A stretch of 64,000 bases of DNA from Burkholderiales bacterium (GTDB lineage: Bacteria; Pseudomonadota; Gammaproteobacteria; Burkholderiales; JACQAP01). Shown one piece after another: positions 28,599 through 38,593 of this stretch. The position numbers were made by a program, and so were the translations under genes. Each line of letters starts with the position of its first letter. Positions within the stretch are counted from its first letter, which is position 1. The stretch covers positions 158,744 to 222,743 of the forward strand of contig DATENC010000020.1 of the NCBI GenBank assembly GCA_035275265.1. Reading direction: 5' to 3'. Under the pieces are notes generated by a model, which was not told where the DNA came from, ran no database searches, and worked only from the letters and a program-made list of their open reading frames with translations.

Positions 28599-29531
28599 AT
28601 GAAAATCGCCGTCATCGGCACCGGTGCGATGGGGTCCGTGTACGCGGGACTGCTCGCCTCCGCCGGACACGAAGTGTGGGCCAGCGACACATGGCGCGAG
28701 CACGTCGACGCGATCAGAAAGAACGGCCTGCGCGTCGAAGGCGCGTCCGGTGACCGGACAGTGCATGTCCACGCAACGACACGCCCGGCGGACGCGGGCA
28801 TTTGCGATCTGGTAATTATTGCCACCAAGGCCATGCATGTGGCGCAGGCCGCCGAATCGGCGAAGCCGCTGCTCGGCCCCGAATCCGTAGTGCTGTCGAT
28901 CCAGAATGGCCTCGGCGGACCGGACACCGCGGCGCGCGTGCTCGGGCGCGAGCGAGTAGCGGTCGGAGTCGTAGGCGGTTTCGGCGCTTCGATGAAAGGA
29001 CTTGCCCACGCCCATCACAATGGCTGGGAATTGGTGCGGCTGGGAGAGTTTTCCGGACCCGTGACGCCGCGCCTTGAAAGGATTGCCGAAGTGTGGCGCT
29101 CGGGCGGGTTCCGGGTAAAGTGCTTTGACGACATCGACCAACTGGTCTGGGAGAAGCTCATCTGCAACGTCTGCTTCTCGGGTACTTGCGCGGTGACCGA
29201 GCGCACCGTCGCGGAAGTCATCGAGGACGCCGACGCCTGGCGTGTGGCATCGGGCTGCGCCGGGGAAGCTTTCACGGTGGCGAAAGCGCGCAAGGTTCAC
29301 TTGGACTTCGACGATCCGGTGGCTTACGTTCGCGATTTCGGCATGAAGATCCCCAACGCTCGTCCGTCGATGCTGCTCGACCACATGGCCGGACGAATCT
29401 CGGAGATCGATGCCATCAATGGCGCCATTCCGCCAGCCGCTGCCGCAGTCGGCGTGGCCGCTCCTTGCAACGAATTGATCAGCGCCCTGGTGCGCGCAAA
29501 AGAGCGGCGAATGGGAGTGCGTGCCCGCTGA
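28599..29531 (+). CDS. 2-dehydropantoate 2-reductase family (ApbA/PanE-like)
   Basis: 'MKIAVIGTGAMGSVYAGLLA' Rossmann motif, 'NGLG', 'EKLI.N', 'SMLLD...GR.SEID.INGAI'. Confidence 0.85.
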   Translation: MKIAVIGTGAMGSVYAGLLASAGHEVWASDTWREHVDAIRKNGLRVEGASGDRTVHVHATTRPADAGICDLVIIATKAMHVAQAAESAKPLLGPESVVLSIQNGLGGPDTAARVLGRERVAVGVVGGFGASMKGLAHAHHNGWELVRLGEFSGPVTPRLERIAEVWRSGGFRVKCFDDIDQLVWEKLICNVCFSGTCAVTERTVAEVIEDADAWRVASGCAGEAFTVAKARKVHLDFDDPVAYVRDFGMKIPNARPSMLLDHMAGRISEIDAINGAIPPAAAAVGVAAPCNELISALVRAKERRMGVRAR

Positions 29532-29620
29532 AACGTGGTCTTCAGGTTGACGAAGCCGAGGTTTACAAGGAATCAGTAGACCAGTACACGACGAATGACT
29601 TTCAACCGAAGGAGAAAGAA

Positions 29621-30076
29621 ATGTTGAGACAGTGTATTCGTGCATTGCGCGATTTGACCATGCATCGTGCCGCAGCCGACGGAGGCGGGGCGCAGGACTG
29701 CAGTGGCACCATCACCGAGCCGGAAGCTCTGAAAGCGGAGCAGGATCGCTACGCGGCGCAGATGAAAGCCGACGTGCCGGCGATGCAGCGATTGTTCGGT
29801 GATGACCTCGTCTATATCCACTCGAGCACGGTGCAGGACACCAAAGCGACCTTCATCGAGTCGATCCGCTCAGGCAAGGTCAAGTACCGCGCGATGAAGC
29901 GCGGCGCCGTCAAGGTCCGGACATACGGGTGCATCGCCATCGTCAGCGGCGGAGCGGTTTTCACGGTGACCGTGAAAGGTGAGGATCGAAATCTCAACCT
30001 GTTGTTCCACGCTATCTATGCGAAGCGCGCCACGGGCATCCAGTTTGTGTCCTGGCAAGCTACCAAGCTGCCGTAG
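29621..30076 (+). CDS. SnoaL/NTF2-like (DUF4440-like) protein
   Basis: ATG with AAGGAGAAAGAA upstream. '...LFGDDLVYIHSS......F......G...Y' fits the cone-fold pattern. The longer track ORF overlaps the upstream gene. Confidence 0.55.
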   Translation: MLRQCIRALRDLTMHRAAADGGGAQDCSGTITEPEALKAEQDRYAAQMKADVPAMQRLFGDDLVYIHSSTVQDTKATFIESIRSGKVKYRAMKRGAVKVRTYGCIAIVSGGAVFTVTVKGEDRNLNLLFHAIYAKRATGIQFVSWQATKLP

Positions 30077-30166
30077 GCGGGAACAGGCTCGGAGACGGGA
30101 CAACTACTGGCGGCTGGAAAGAACAGGATTGGACTTGCTCTTTCCCGAGTGAGCAACCTGCCCGAT

Positions 30167-31024
30167 TCACCTCAGCACTTCGTCGCCGATTGGTGCGGGA
30201 GTTGTAGCGTTGTTCGGCTTGGTGTTCGGACCAAATGAACGGTGGACCCCCAGGCGTCCGATGACCGGCAGTTTCAGCGCAAGAATCGATGGATGAAATC
30301 CGAAAGTGAGCCCAAGGATATTGACCTCGAACCCCTCGACTCTGCTCACTACCACACCGAAAAGGCCAAACAGCGACAACTGAACGCCGTTTCCGCTGGG
30401 CGGCGCCGATATCCACCGACGGCCGATATAGTCCTTGCCGATGGCAGTTGCCGGCAGGTCCAACTCGAGTTCGGGGATTGCCCGGGCAATATGAGCGACA
30501 AAGGTGTTTGAGTTGGGTCCTGGCCAAGCGCGATAATGCCCGCCGTAGGGATACACCCGGATCGACTTTTCGATGCGTTCGATCAGCGCGCTCACATCGT
30601 CGCCCCGTTTTTCGGCCAGCAACTGCGGCATGTTTCCGAACCAGCGTTGGTCGGGCGCGCGCTTTCGCGTTGCAACCGCCGAGCCGCGACGGCGCAGGCG
30701 CCAGTAGGTCACTTCGTAGACGGTGTAGGTTTTCGCGCAGGCCGGCTTCACTGCGATCCAGGTATGTACCCCGAAATAGCCTCGCCACCCGAGACAACGG
30801 GCGCAGTACACTTGTATAACCGGTTCGGGAGTCGTCGCCGGGTCGCGCGCGAGGCTGACCGGTACGCGACGCGCGCTGCGCCAATCACGAAATCCCTCCA
30901 CGCCGTGCGCAACGAAGGCTGCAAACGGGCGGACGGAAAAACTCTTGATGCCGCGAAAAACACTCATGTTCGATCCATCGAGAATCAAGATTACGATTTG
31001 CATCGTATTGGCATGAGTTGGCAC
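30167..31024 (-). CDS. DUF3750-like protein
   Basis: 'VIQVYCARCLGWRGYFGVHTWIAVKP......YEV..W', 'YRAWPGPNSNTFVAHIAR' matches my recollection of DUF3750. Start is uncertain (31024, 31003 or 30967). Confidence 0.65.
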   Translation of the reverse strand: MPTHANTMQIVILILDGSNMSVFRGIKSFSVRPFAAFVAHGVEGFRDWRSARRVPVSLARDPATTPEPVIQVYCARCLGWRGYFGVHTWIAVKPACAKTYTVYEVTYWRLRRRGSAVATRKRAPDQRWFGNMPQLLAEKRGDDVSALIERIEKSIRVYPYGGHYRAWPGPNSNTFVAHIARAIPELELDLPATAIGKDYIGRRWISAPPSGNGVQLSLFGLFGVVVSRVEGFEVNILGLTFGFHPSILALKLPVIGRLGVHRSFGPNTKPNNATTPAPIGDEVLR

Positions 31025-31319
31025 AAGTTGTTCCCCGCGAACGCAGATTTGTGGTTCCTTTGGCCTACTTTTCGCGTGCGCGTCGTCGGCCAGAGACAGA
31101 GCTCGGGCGCATTTTTGTGCGCGACAAAAGTTCGACCACCGATCGACGTAGCTGATCGGTTACAACCGCTTTGTAAAACTTGATCGCTCGTGTAGCGAAA
31201 CGTCGAGCAGGAGAACCGGAACAATGGCGCGATTTTTTGGACGGGAACCGGGTTCCGTCCGGCACGTCACTCGAACAACCTGTCCTGCGGAGCAGTGCCG
31301 TTTGGGGTTCGCGCAGGTT

Positions 31320-31664
31320 TCAACTCACGCCGAGTAATTCCACTTCGAAAATCAGCGTCGCATTCGGTGGGATGACGCCGCCAGCGCCACGTGCGCCGTA
31401 ACCGAGCGCCGGCGGAATGGTGAGCTTGCGCTTGCCCCCCACCTTCATACCTTGCACCCCCTCATCCCAGCCGCGGATGACCTTGCCCTGGCCTAGCCCG
31501 AATTCGAATGGATCGTTGCGATCCTTGCTCGAATCGAACTTGGTTCCATCGACCAGCCAGCCGGTGTAGTGCACGGTGACGCGCCTGCCGGCAGCGGCGG
31601 GAACGCCTTCACCGATGGTGATCTCTTCGATTCCAAGTCCGCTTGCGGTATGTGTGGCGGGCAT
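31320..31664 (-). CDS. FKBP-type peptidyl-prolyl cis-trans isomerase
   Basis: '[48 protein letters not shown]...[17 protein letters not shown]'. Confidence 0.9.
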   Translation of the reverse strand: MPATHTASGLGIEEITIGEGVPAAAGRRVTVHYTGWLVDGTKFDSSKDRNDPFEFGLGQGKVIRGWDEGVQGMKVGGKRKLTIPPALGYGARGAGGVIPPNATLIFEVELLGVS

Positions 31665-31785
31665 GAGAGCCTCGATAGAATGAGAGGAGGCGGCATTGTA
31701 GCTGGAACACGATTGTCGGAAACCTGCGTCAGCAACCGGACGCCGCGTACTCGTGGATGCGTTTTGTTCCGTGTTGCTTTTCCGC

Positions 31786-32742
31786 TCAGGGCGCGCGGGA
31801 GGCCGTGTAGGCGGCGATCGACACCATATCTTCCTCGCTCAGCTGAGCGACCACCGCCTTCATCAGTTCCGTCCAAGGCCCGTTGCGAACGCCATGCCGC
31901 ATGTCGTAGAGCTGGCGCACGATGTAGCTAGGAGAACGGCCCGCCAGCGCCGGCACCGGGCCGAGGCCCCTCAGTTCCTCACCATGGCAGATCGCACATG
32001 GCGTGGTCCTGCCGGCTCCGCCGGTGGCGACCAAGGCTTCACCCTTCCTGATACTGCCGACCGGAACGTAGGCGACAAAACCGGAAGCGGCGTCGCGAAG
32101 CTCCGTGCGTTCCAGGTCTTCGGGCATCTCGATTACGCGATGGCCAATCGGTTCGGTGGCGCCGGCCTCCGAGGCAACCAGCATCCATCCCGCAACATGC
32201 GTCTTCGGCACAGTGCTGGTTTCGATCACCCTGATCCACGGCTTTGGCCGGAGGGTCGAAAAGTATTCCGCGGCAGTCTTCAGGTCGGTGTCGCTGACGG
32301 CCTTTGCGACCGCGATCATCAGATTGACGGGCAGGCTTGCCGGTTCCGAACTCTTCCTCGCGCCGCTTCTGAAATCGGCCACCTGTTGCACGATGTACTC
32401 GGCAGACAGACCCGCGAGGCTGGAATTCTCGGGGCGTCCCAGTCCATTCGGAAGGTGGCAGTAACCGCACGCGAACACAGCCGGTTTGGTGCCGTGACTC
32501 ACGACTTCGGGCATTGGCGGGTGGCCGTCGGGATGCCAATCCGGCGCGTTGAAGAGATCGCGTATTTGCGTCAGTGTAAAAGCCTTGCTGCTGCCCGGAA
32601 CGTTTTTCATTGCGCCGTCGTCCGGCACCGGTTGGACGCCAGGGGGATTGACCACGAACGCCCAGGGCGGCGGTGCCTTGTCTGCGCCTGAAACCGTTCC
32701 GATCAGGCAAGCGAGCATCACGATGGCGGTGACATTCTTCAT
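31786..32742 (-). CDS. periplasmic dihaem c-type cytochrome
   Basis: Signal peptide '[20 protein letters not shown]'. Two CxxCH sites, 'CGYCH' and 'CAICH'. GGGAGGA RBS. Confidence 0.8.
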   Translation of the reverse strand: MKNVTAIVMLACLIGTVSGADKAPPPWAFVVNPPGVQPVPDDGAMKNVPGSSKAFTLTQIRDLFNAPDWHPDGHPPMPEVVSHGTKPAVFACGYCHLPNGLGRPENSSLAGLSAEYIVQQVADFRSGARKSSEPASLPVNLMIAVAKAVSDTDLKTAAEYFSTLRPKPWIRVIETSTVPKTHVAGWMLVASEAGATEPIGHRVIEMPEDLERTELRDAASGFVAYVPVGSIRKGEALVATGGAGRTTPCAICHGEELRGLGPVPALAGRSPSYIVRQLYDMRHGVRNGPWTELMKAVVAQLSEEDMVSIAAYTASRAP

Positions 32743-32858
32743 GATTCCTCCCGGTCAATGTTGGCTCGAATGATACCCGGAAGTGCGCCACCGCCCTCGC
32801 TGGCGCCAATCGCGCACTGCGTGTAAATTCGGCGCGTTACAACCGCCAACACCTGCAC

Positions 32859-33518
32859 ATGACAATGTCCGCCTTGCCTTTGCTATCTCCGCTTGAAATA
32901 CGCGTGCTTGGCGTGCTGGTGGAGAAGCAGCTCACCACGCCTGACTACTACCCGCTCTCGCTGAATGCGCTGGTCGCTGGTTGCAACCAGAAGTCGAGCC
33001 GCGACCCGGTGATGAGCGTCGGCGAGGACGATGCGCAGGGTGCGCTGGACGCGCTCAAGGAACGGAAACTGGTTACCAACAACTGGGGCGCGTCGCGGCG
33101 GGTGGTGCGCTATTCCCACAATTTTCCGCAGGTGGTCGATACCGATCCGGGGACCACGGCTCTGCTGGCAACGCTCATGTTGCGCGGACCTCAGACGCCG
33201 GGGGAACTTCGGATCGCCTGTGAGCGCCTGTACCGCTTCGCGGATCTGTCGAGCGTGGAGGCCTACCTGCAGGAGATGACAAGCCGTCCCGCCGGCGCGC
33301 TGGTTGTTAAGCTGCCAAAACAGCCCGGTGCGCGCGAGCATCGCTGGGCGCACTTGCTCGGCGGGCCGGCGGGCGCGGCGACCGATCTCCCCGAAACGCA
33401 CGCTGCCGTCGCTACCGCATCGGGTGCCGGGTTCGAGGCCGAAGTGGCCCGCTTGCGCGATGAAGTCGCGGAGCTCAGGACGATGGTGGAACGGCTGAGA
33501 GAAGAGATCAAGAAATAA
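32859..33518 (+). CDS. yceH: YceH-family (UPF0502/DUF480) protein
   Basis: 'LSPLEIRVLGVLVEKQLTTPDYYPLSLNALVAGCNQKSSRDPVM' plus a C-terminal coiled coil, as in YceH. Confidence 0.8.
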   Translation: MTMSALPLLSPLEIRVLGVLVEKQLTTPDYYPLSLNALVAGCNQKSSRDPVMSVGEDDAQGALDALKERKLVTNNWGASRRVVRYSHNFPQVVDTDPGTTALLATLMLRGPQTPGELRIACERLYRFADLSSVEAYLQEMTSRPAGALVVKLPKQPGAREHRWAHLLGGPAGAATDLPETHAAVATASGAGFEAEVARLRDEVAELRTMVERLREEIKK

Positions 33519-33528
33519 GCGCGCCCGC

Positions 33529-34128
33529 GTGACCGACGAACTTAATCCACTTGCACGGCCATCTTCGAAGAAGGAGGTGTTCGTCGCCTTCACGTTGCTC
33601 GCATTGCAGGGTTTCGGCGGCGTTCTGGCAGTAGCCCAACGGGTGTTGTGCGAACAGAAACGCTGGCTTACCAAGGAGCAGTTTGTAGACATCCTGGCGT
33701 TCGGGCAGGTGCTGCCGGGCCCCAACGTCTGCAACGTTGCGCTGATGGTCGGCGATCGTTTCTTCGGCTGGCGTGGCGCATTCGCGGCGTTGGCGGGAAT
33801 GATGACCGTGCCATTGGTCATCGTTCTGGCAATCACGGTGGCGTACTCGCAGTACGCTTCGAATCCCGTGGTGGCGGGCGCACTCAAGGGCATGGGTGCG
33901 GTGGCCGCCGGGCTGTTCGTTGGAACCGCGATGAAGCTCATGAGCGCGCTACGCGAGAACCCGATGGGTGTTCCCGCTTGCGTGGTGCTTCTGGCGCTGG
34001 CGTTCGTAGCTGTGGCAATACTGCGGTGGCCTCTGGTGTGGGTGCTGCTAGGGCTCGGCACGGTCGCGAGTCTGTTTGCCTGGCGGCGCTTGCGCGCCGG
34101 CACCGCGACCGCCGCGGAGAACCTGTGA
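33529..34128 (+). CDS. chromate transporter, short-chain CHR family (N-type half)
   Basis: 'LALQGFGGVLAVAQ', 'GQVLPGPNV', multi-TM. Paired with the next gene. Confidence 0.85.
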   Translation: MTDELNPLARPSSKKEVFVAFTLLALQGFGGVLAVAQRVLCEQKRWLTKEQFVDILAFGQVLPGPNVCNVALMVGDRFFGWRGAFAALAGMMTVPLVIVLAITVAYSQYASNPVVAGALKGMGAVAAGLFVGTAMKLMSALRENPMGVPACVVLLALAFVAVAILRWPLVWVLLGLGTVASLFAWRRLRAGTATAAENL

Positions 34129-34136
34129 TCGGCGCG

Positions 34137-34664
34137 ATGCCACTTTCAGCCGAATTGCTCGCGTTGTTCGGCCACTTTCTCCTGTTGTCGCTGCTGGCGA
34201 TTGGCGGCGCGATCACCGTTGTCCCGGACATGCATCGGGTGCTGGTCGGCGACATGGGGCTGCTAAGCGATGCGCAGTTCAATGCCTCGATCGCGATCGC
34301 GCAAGCATCGCCGGGGCCCAACGTGTTATTCGTTGCGGTGATGGGTTACCAGGCTGCGGGTCTGGCGGGCGCTGCGGCCACGCTCGCCGGGATCATGCTG
34401 CCATCGACGACGCTCGCGCTCGCGGCCGCACGCTGGAGTCATGCCCGGCGTGACTGGCGCGAAGTGCGGGCGTTCAAGGCTGGTATGGCGCCGATAGTGA
34501 TTGCGCTGATGTTCGCCACCGGCTGGATCCTCACTGCGGAAACACCAGGCTGGCGACATGTGCTGCTCACTGTCGCGGCTGCGGTTCTGGTCTGGCGCAC
34601 CCGGCTGCATCTGCTGCTGATGATCGCCGCCGGAGCGATCGTCGGCGCGCTGGGATGGGTGTAG
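34137..34664 (+). CDS. chromate transporter, short-chain CHR family (C-type half)
   Basis: 'LLAIGGAITVVPDM', 'AQASPGPNV'. An alternative GTG at 34125 overlaps the upstream stop (GTGA). Confidence 0.85.
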   Translation: MPLSAELLALFGHFLLLSLLAIGGAITVVPDMHRVLVGDMGLLSDAQFNASIAIAQASPGPNVLFVAVMGYQAAGLAGAAATLAGIMLPSTTLALAAARWSHARRDWREVRAFKAGMAPIVIALMFATGWILTAETPGWRHVLLTVAAAVLVWRTRLHLLLMIAAGAIVGALGWV

Positions 34665-34701
34665 AGGGCGGAGGCGAGGGATGAGGAAATGAAAGGGGAA
34701 G
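34665..34701. repeat. purine-rich half-element (GAGGGAT family) abutting the chrA stop
   Basis: Directly after TAG: AGGGCGGAGGCGAGGGATGAGGAAATGAAAGGGGAAG. It shares GCGAGGGATGAGG-type units with 53423-53456. No complementary arm found. Confidence 0.4.
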
Positions 34702-34830
34702 TTGAAAGTTGTGGTGTTGCGCGCCGGAGTGCGCGGAAGGCCGGTGGAGCAATTCTGTCCGAGCCGGAGTTGCGCGGCTGAATCGGTGTAAATTAGATTC
34801 GCTATCTGATCCCACATTGAGGCACATCTG

Positions 34831-37146
34831 GTGAAGTTTGTGCAATCGATCGAGCAGTTTCGGGACACAATCGGCGAAATTCTGCGAAACTTTTCGCAGG
34901 GTTTGTTGCCCTCGACCGCGAGTGGCGTTGCGGCGGCGATCATCGCCGGCGTGGCCGGCGCAATGCTCGCGTGGTTCGGGGCACGGTTGTTCTACCTCAG
35001 GCGCCGCCGCCTGCGCGTGGCAAGAGCTGATCCGGCCACCGTCGGTGCGATAGTCGAAGAATCGGTCCTGTCCGACACACAGTACCACCTCCTTTTCGAT
35101 CACAATCCGATCCCGACTTTCGTGTGCGAAACGCGCCGGTGGGTCTGCCTCGAAGTGAACAAGGCCGCGGTGAATGGTTATGGCTACTCGCGCGAGGAAT
35201 TCCTCAAGATCCGGTTCACGGACCTCAGCCCGGCGGAGGAGACGGAGCGGATGTCCACCACGCTTGTGAATCTTGGCGCCAGTGCGAACGATCTGGGGGT
35301 GTGGCGCCACAGGAGGAAGGACGGAAGCCCCATCGAAGTCGAGCTCGTCACTTTTCGGGTGCAATTTGGAAGACGGCAGGCCCGCATTCTGATTGCGAAA
35401 GACGTCAGCAGCCGCAGGAAAATCGAGGAAGTGCTTTGGAAGGATGTAGAGCGCTTCGGGCTGGTGTCCAAGGCGACCAACGACGCATTTCTGGAGTGGG
35501 ACCTGGCCACCGACCGGGTGTGGAGAAACGACAGCTACCAGCGCCTGTTCGGGCATCGCAGCGATGACCTCCAGCCGAAAATGGAATCGTGGTTCGGGCA
35601 CATCCATGCGGACGACCGTGTGCGCGTGCAGCAACGGCTGCTCGGTGTCATCAATTCCAGCGACACTCTGTGGAACGACGAGTTCCGCCTCGTGCGACAC
35701 GACGAGACGGTTGCGCATGTCCACGCACGGGGGTTCGTCAATCGGGATGACGCCGGATCCGCGCTCAAGATGCTCGGGGTTCTGCAGGACGTCACTGCCC
35801 GCAAGGAGTCGGAAGAGCGCACGCGTTTCCTTGCGGACCACGACGAGCTGACTGGCCTGCCCAATCGCAGCCTGTTCAAGCAATCGTTGGCGCAAGCGAT
35901 CCAGCGCGCAGCGCGCAGCGGTAAATTCCTGTCGGTCCTGTTTCTCGATCTGGATCGCTTCAAGAACATCAACGACAGCCTCGGGCACGAGACCGGCGAC
36001 CAGGTACTGCGCGCTGTCGCGGAGCGGGTATCCGGATGTGTGCGGCAAGTGGATCTCGTTGCCCGTTTTGGGGGAGATGAATTCGCAGTGCTCGTCGAAG
36101 GGTTGACGGCGGAGGACCAGGCCGGCGCCGTCGCCCGCAAGATCATCGATGCACTGGCCAAGCCGCTGCTCCTGGCGGGGCGCCAGTATCGCCCGGGAGC
36201 GAGCATCGGCATAAGCACTTACCCTTCCGATGCCCGCGACGTGCTTTCGCTGCAGAAGAATGCGGACATCGCAATGTACCGCGCAAAGGAGGAAGGACGA
36301 GGCACATTCCAGTTTTACTCGGAGCAGTTGAACACGCATTCGATTCAGCGCCTGGAATTCGAATCGAACCTGAACGGCGCGTTGAACAACCGGGAGTTTG
36401 TGCTTTACTACCAGCCGAAGGTTGAATTGGCGAGTGGGAATATTGCCGGCGTGGAGGCACTGATCCGTTGGGTAAGCCCGCAATTTGGATTCGTGTCGCC
36501 GGCGGATTTCATCGCGATAGCCGAAGAAACCGGGTTGATCGTGCCGATTGGGCGATGGGTGGTACAGACCGCGTGCGTTCAAAACCGCGCATGGCAGAAG
36601 GGAGGGCTGCCGCCGCTGCGCATCGCGGTGAACATTTCCGCCCGCCAGATGGCCGACAAGGGGCTGGTCAATTTCATCGTCGATACCATGGCGCGCACCA
36701 GCTTGACGGCGGCTTCGCTGGAGCTCGAGATCACGGAAAGCGCGGTCATGAGCAACCAGGACCACGCAGAGAAAGTGCTCAACCAATTAAAGGCGCTCGG
36801 AATTCATCTGACCATGGACGATTTCGGTACGGGCTACTCGTCGTTGGCCTATCTCAAGCGCTTCCCTTTCGACAGCGTAAAAATCGACCAGTCCTTCATC
36901 CGCGGTATTCCCGCCAACCGGGACGATTGCGCCATCGTCGAGGCCATTATCGCCATGGCCCGCAGCCTGGACCTGAAAGTTGTGGCAGAGGGCGTGGAAA
37001 CTCAGGAGCAGTCCGAGTTCCTGCGCAAACTCGGCTGTGACCAGATCCAGGGCTACGTCTTCAGCAAGCCCGTTCCTTCCGCAGAGATTGTCGGCCTGCT
37101 CTACAAGACCATGACCCGCAGCGCGACGGTTCAGGCGGGAACGTAA
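34831..37146 (+). CDS. membrane-anchored PAS-PAS-GGDEF-EAL c-di-GMP signalling protein
   Basis: GTG start, one N-terminal TM and two PAS-like regions. 'RFGGDEFAVLV' marks the GGDEF domain; 'VEALIRW', 'DDFGTGYSSL' and 'KIDQSF' mark the EAL domain. Confidence 0.9.
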   Translation: MKFVQSIEQFRDTIGEILRNFSQGLLPSTASGVAAAIIAGVAGAMLAWFGARLFYLRRRRLRVARADPATVGAIVEESVLSDTQYHLLFDHNPIPTFVCETRRWVCLEVNKAAVNGYGYSREEFLKIRFTDLSPAEETERMSTTLVNLGASANDLGVWRHRRKDGSPIEVELVTFRVQFGRRQARILIAKDVSSRRKIEEVLWKDVERFGLVSKATNDAFLEWDLATDRVWRNDSYQRLFGHRSDDLQPKMESWFGHIHADDRVRVQQRLLGVINSSDTLWNDEFRLVRHDETVAHVHARGFVNRDDAGSALKMLGVLQDVTARKESEERTRFLADHDELTGLPNRSLFKQSLAQAIQRAARSGKFLSVLFLDLDRFKNINDSLGHETGDQVLRAVAERVSGCVRQVDLVARFGGDEFAVLVEGLTAEDQAGAVARKIIDALAKPLLLAGRQYRPGASIGISTYPSDARDVLSLQKNADIAMYRAKEEGRGTFQFYSEQLNTHSIQRLEFESNLNGALNNREFVLYYQPKVELASGNIAGVEALIRWVSPQFGFVSPADFIAIAEETGLIVPIGRWVVQTACVQNRAWQKGGLPPLRIAVNISARQMADKGLVNFIVDTMARTSLTAASLELEITESAVMSNQDHAEKVLNQLKALGIHLTMDDFGTGYSSLAYLKRFPFDSVKIDQSFIRGIPANRDDCAIVEAIIAMARSLDLKVVAEGVETQEQSEFLRKLGCDQIQGYVFSKPVPSAEIVGLLYKTMTRSATVQAGT

Positions 37147-37212
37147 CCCGCAGGGCCGAGGTCCGAGGCCGGAGTGAGCGACGAAAAACAGGACGCAAAG
37201 TCCGTGCGTGGT

Positions 37213-38163
37213 TTATGAATTCTTGAGCGTTGCGAGAAACGCCAGCAGCGCAGCGTTGACCTCGGCCGGACGTTCTTGCTGAATCCAATGTCCGGCCCCG
37301 TCGATGAGCCTGCAGACGCGCAGGTCATCAACCCAGCGTTTCATGTGCTCCACCAGGTCCACGTTGGGAACGAACCTGAGCACCCCGTCGCGGCTGCCGG
37401 CGATGAAGCACGCTGGACGCGTGATGCGCGCGCCGGTCAACGCGGTCAGGCGCTCCCAGTCGCGCTCCTGGTTACGGTAACGATTGAGCGGACCGCGAAA
37501 TCCGGATTCTGCGAACTGCGATACATAGTAGTCGACATCGTCCTCGGTCAGCCACCCTGGCAGCACCGGAGGTTCGGCAAGGTCGTCCAGCATCCTCGCA
37601 TCCGCCGGCTTGTCGCTGCGGAACATGCCTCTGGGCGCATCGCCCGACCCCGAGTAGTAGATCTTGCGGAGAGCCGTGCGAATGTCGGCCTCGAACTCCT
37701 CTTCGGCGCGCCCGGGTTCCTGAAAATACACTTGATAGAAAAAACGGTTTGCGTAGATCTGGCGCCACAACGCAATCGAGGAAATCTTTCCGCGAGGCGC
37801 ATAGGGCACACTCAATGCCGCTACGGCACGCACCCGTCCGGGATGGAGCGCGGCAGTGTTCCAGACAATGGGCGCACCCCAATCATGGCCGATCAGGATG
37901 GCCCGCTCTTCACCGAAATGATCGATCAGCCCGAGAACGTCGCCGATCAGGCTCTCCATGTCATAGGCTTCGAGGGCTTCGGGCGCGTCACTGCCGCCAT
38001 AGCCACGCACGTCGGGCACTGCTACACGGTAGCCGGCCGCGCGCAGCGGCGCGATCTGGTGGCGCCACGAGTACCAGGATTCCGGCCAGCCGTGGACCAT
38101 GATGACAAGCGGTCCTTCGCCTTTGACGACGCAGCGCAGACGCACGCCATTGGTTTCGATCAT
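37213..38163 (-). CDS. alpha/beta hydrolase (epoxide-hydrolase-like)
   Basis: 'VETNGVRL......GPLVIMVHGWPESWYSWRHQ', nucleophile elbow 'GHDWGA'. ATG 38163 is preferred over the track's TTG at 38268. Confidence 0.85.
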   Translation of the reverse strand: MIETNGVRLRCVVKGEGPLVIMVHGWPESWYSWRHQIAPLRAAGYRVAVPDVRGYGGSDAPEALEAYDMESLIGDVLGLIDHFGEERAILIGHDWGAPIVWNTAALHPGRVRAVAALSVPYAPRGKISSIALWRQIYANRFFYQVYFQEPGRAEEEFEADIRTALRKIYYSGSGDAPRGMFRSDKPADARMLDDLAEPPVLPGWLTEDDVDYYVSQFAESGFRGPLNRYRNQERDWERLTALTGARITRPACFIAGSRDGVLRFVPNVDLVEHMKRWVDDLRVCRLIDGAGHWIQQERPAEVNAALLAFLATLKNS

Positions 38164-38292
38164 TTCAAAGGTTTCGCTAGTGGGCACGTCGGTTTCCGGC
38201 AGGGCGGTACCCCGAATGGTAAATGGTGCAAGATGGATGAGGAATGAGAAAACGAGCCCAAACCCCAATTACTCAGCACGAAAGGCCTGGAA

Positions 38293-38589
38293 ATGGGAAA
38301 CAGCCGCGACAAAGCGATACCGACTCTGCAGATCGAAAACGACCGGGTCGTGGTAACCGAGTGGCGTTTCGCTCCCGGTGCAGAAACCGGCTGGCATCGG
38401 CACGGGCATGACTATGTGGTCGTACCGCAAACGACCGGAAAACTGCTCCTCGAAGAACACGGCGGGAACCGGGAGGCACAACTCACGGCCGGGGTGTCCT
38501 ACTTCCGCAACGTGGGTGTGGAGCACAACGTCGTCAACGCCAATGATTTCGAGTTTGTGTTCGTGGAAGTCGAAATCAAGAAGCCGTAA
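38293..38589 (+). CDS. cupin-domain protein
   Basis: 'GWHRHGHDYVVVP ... G..H.V.N' is a two-motif cupin signature. 98 aa. Confidence 0.7.
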   Translation: MGNSRDKAIPTLQIENDRVVVTEWRFAPGAETGWHRHGHDYVVVPQTTGKLLLEEHGGNREAQLTAGVSYFRNVGVEHNVVNANDFEFVFVEVEIKKP

Positions 38590-38593
38590 CTGC

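Noticed and set aside
31220-31262. Terminator-like hairpin GGACGGGAAC/GTTCCGTCC downstream of the FKBP gene.
   Set aside because: The T-run precedes the stem on the plus strand, so an A-run follows it on the minus strand. It therefore fits no orientation of an intrinsic terminator.
32883-34103. 406-aa minus-strand ORF.
   Set aside because: It is antisense to yceH and the first chromate-transporter gene. The same reasoning applies to 43683-45092, 16305-17465, 20206-21135, 28482-29645, 62527-63099 and 63124-63810 (minus strand), and to 7127-8404 (plus strand, inside pilY1).
34567-36786. 739-aa minus-strand ORF, the longest unexplained ORF in the track.
   Set aside because: It is exactly antisense to the PAS-GGDEF-EAL gene, whose plus-strand translation carries unambiguous GGDEF and EAL motifs. 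The minus translation is Arg/Ala/Pro/His-rich with no motif, which makes it a typical shadow ORF of GC-rich DNA.
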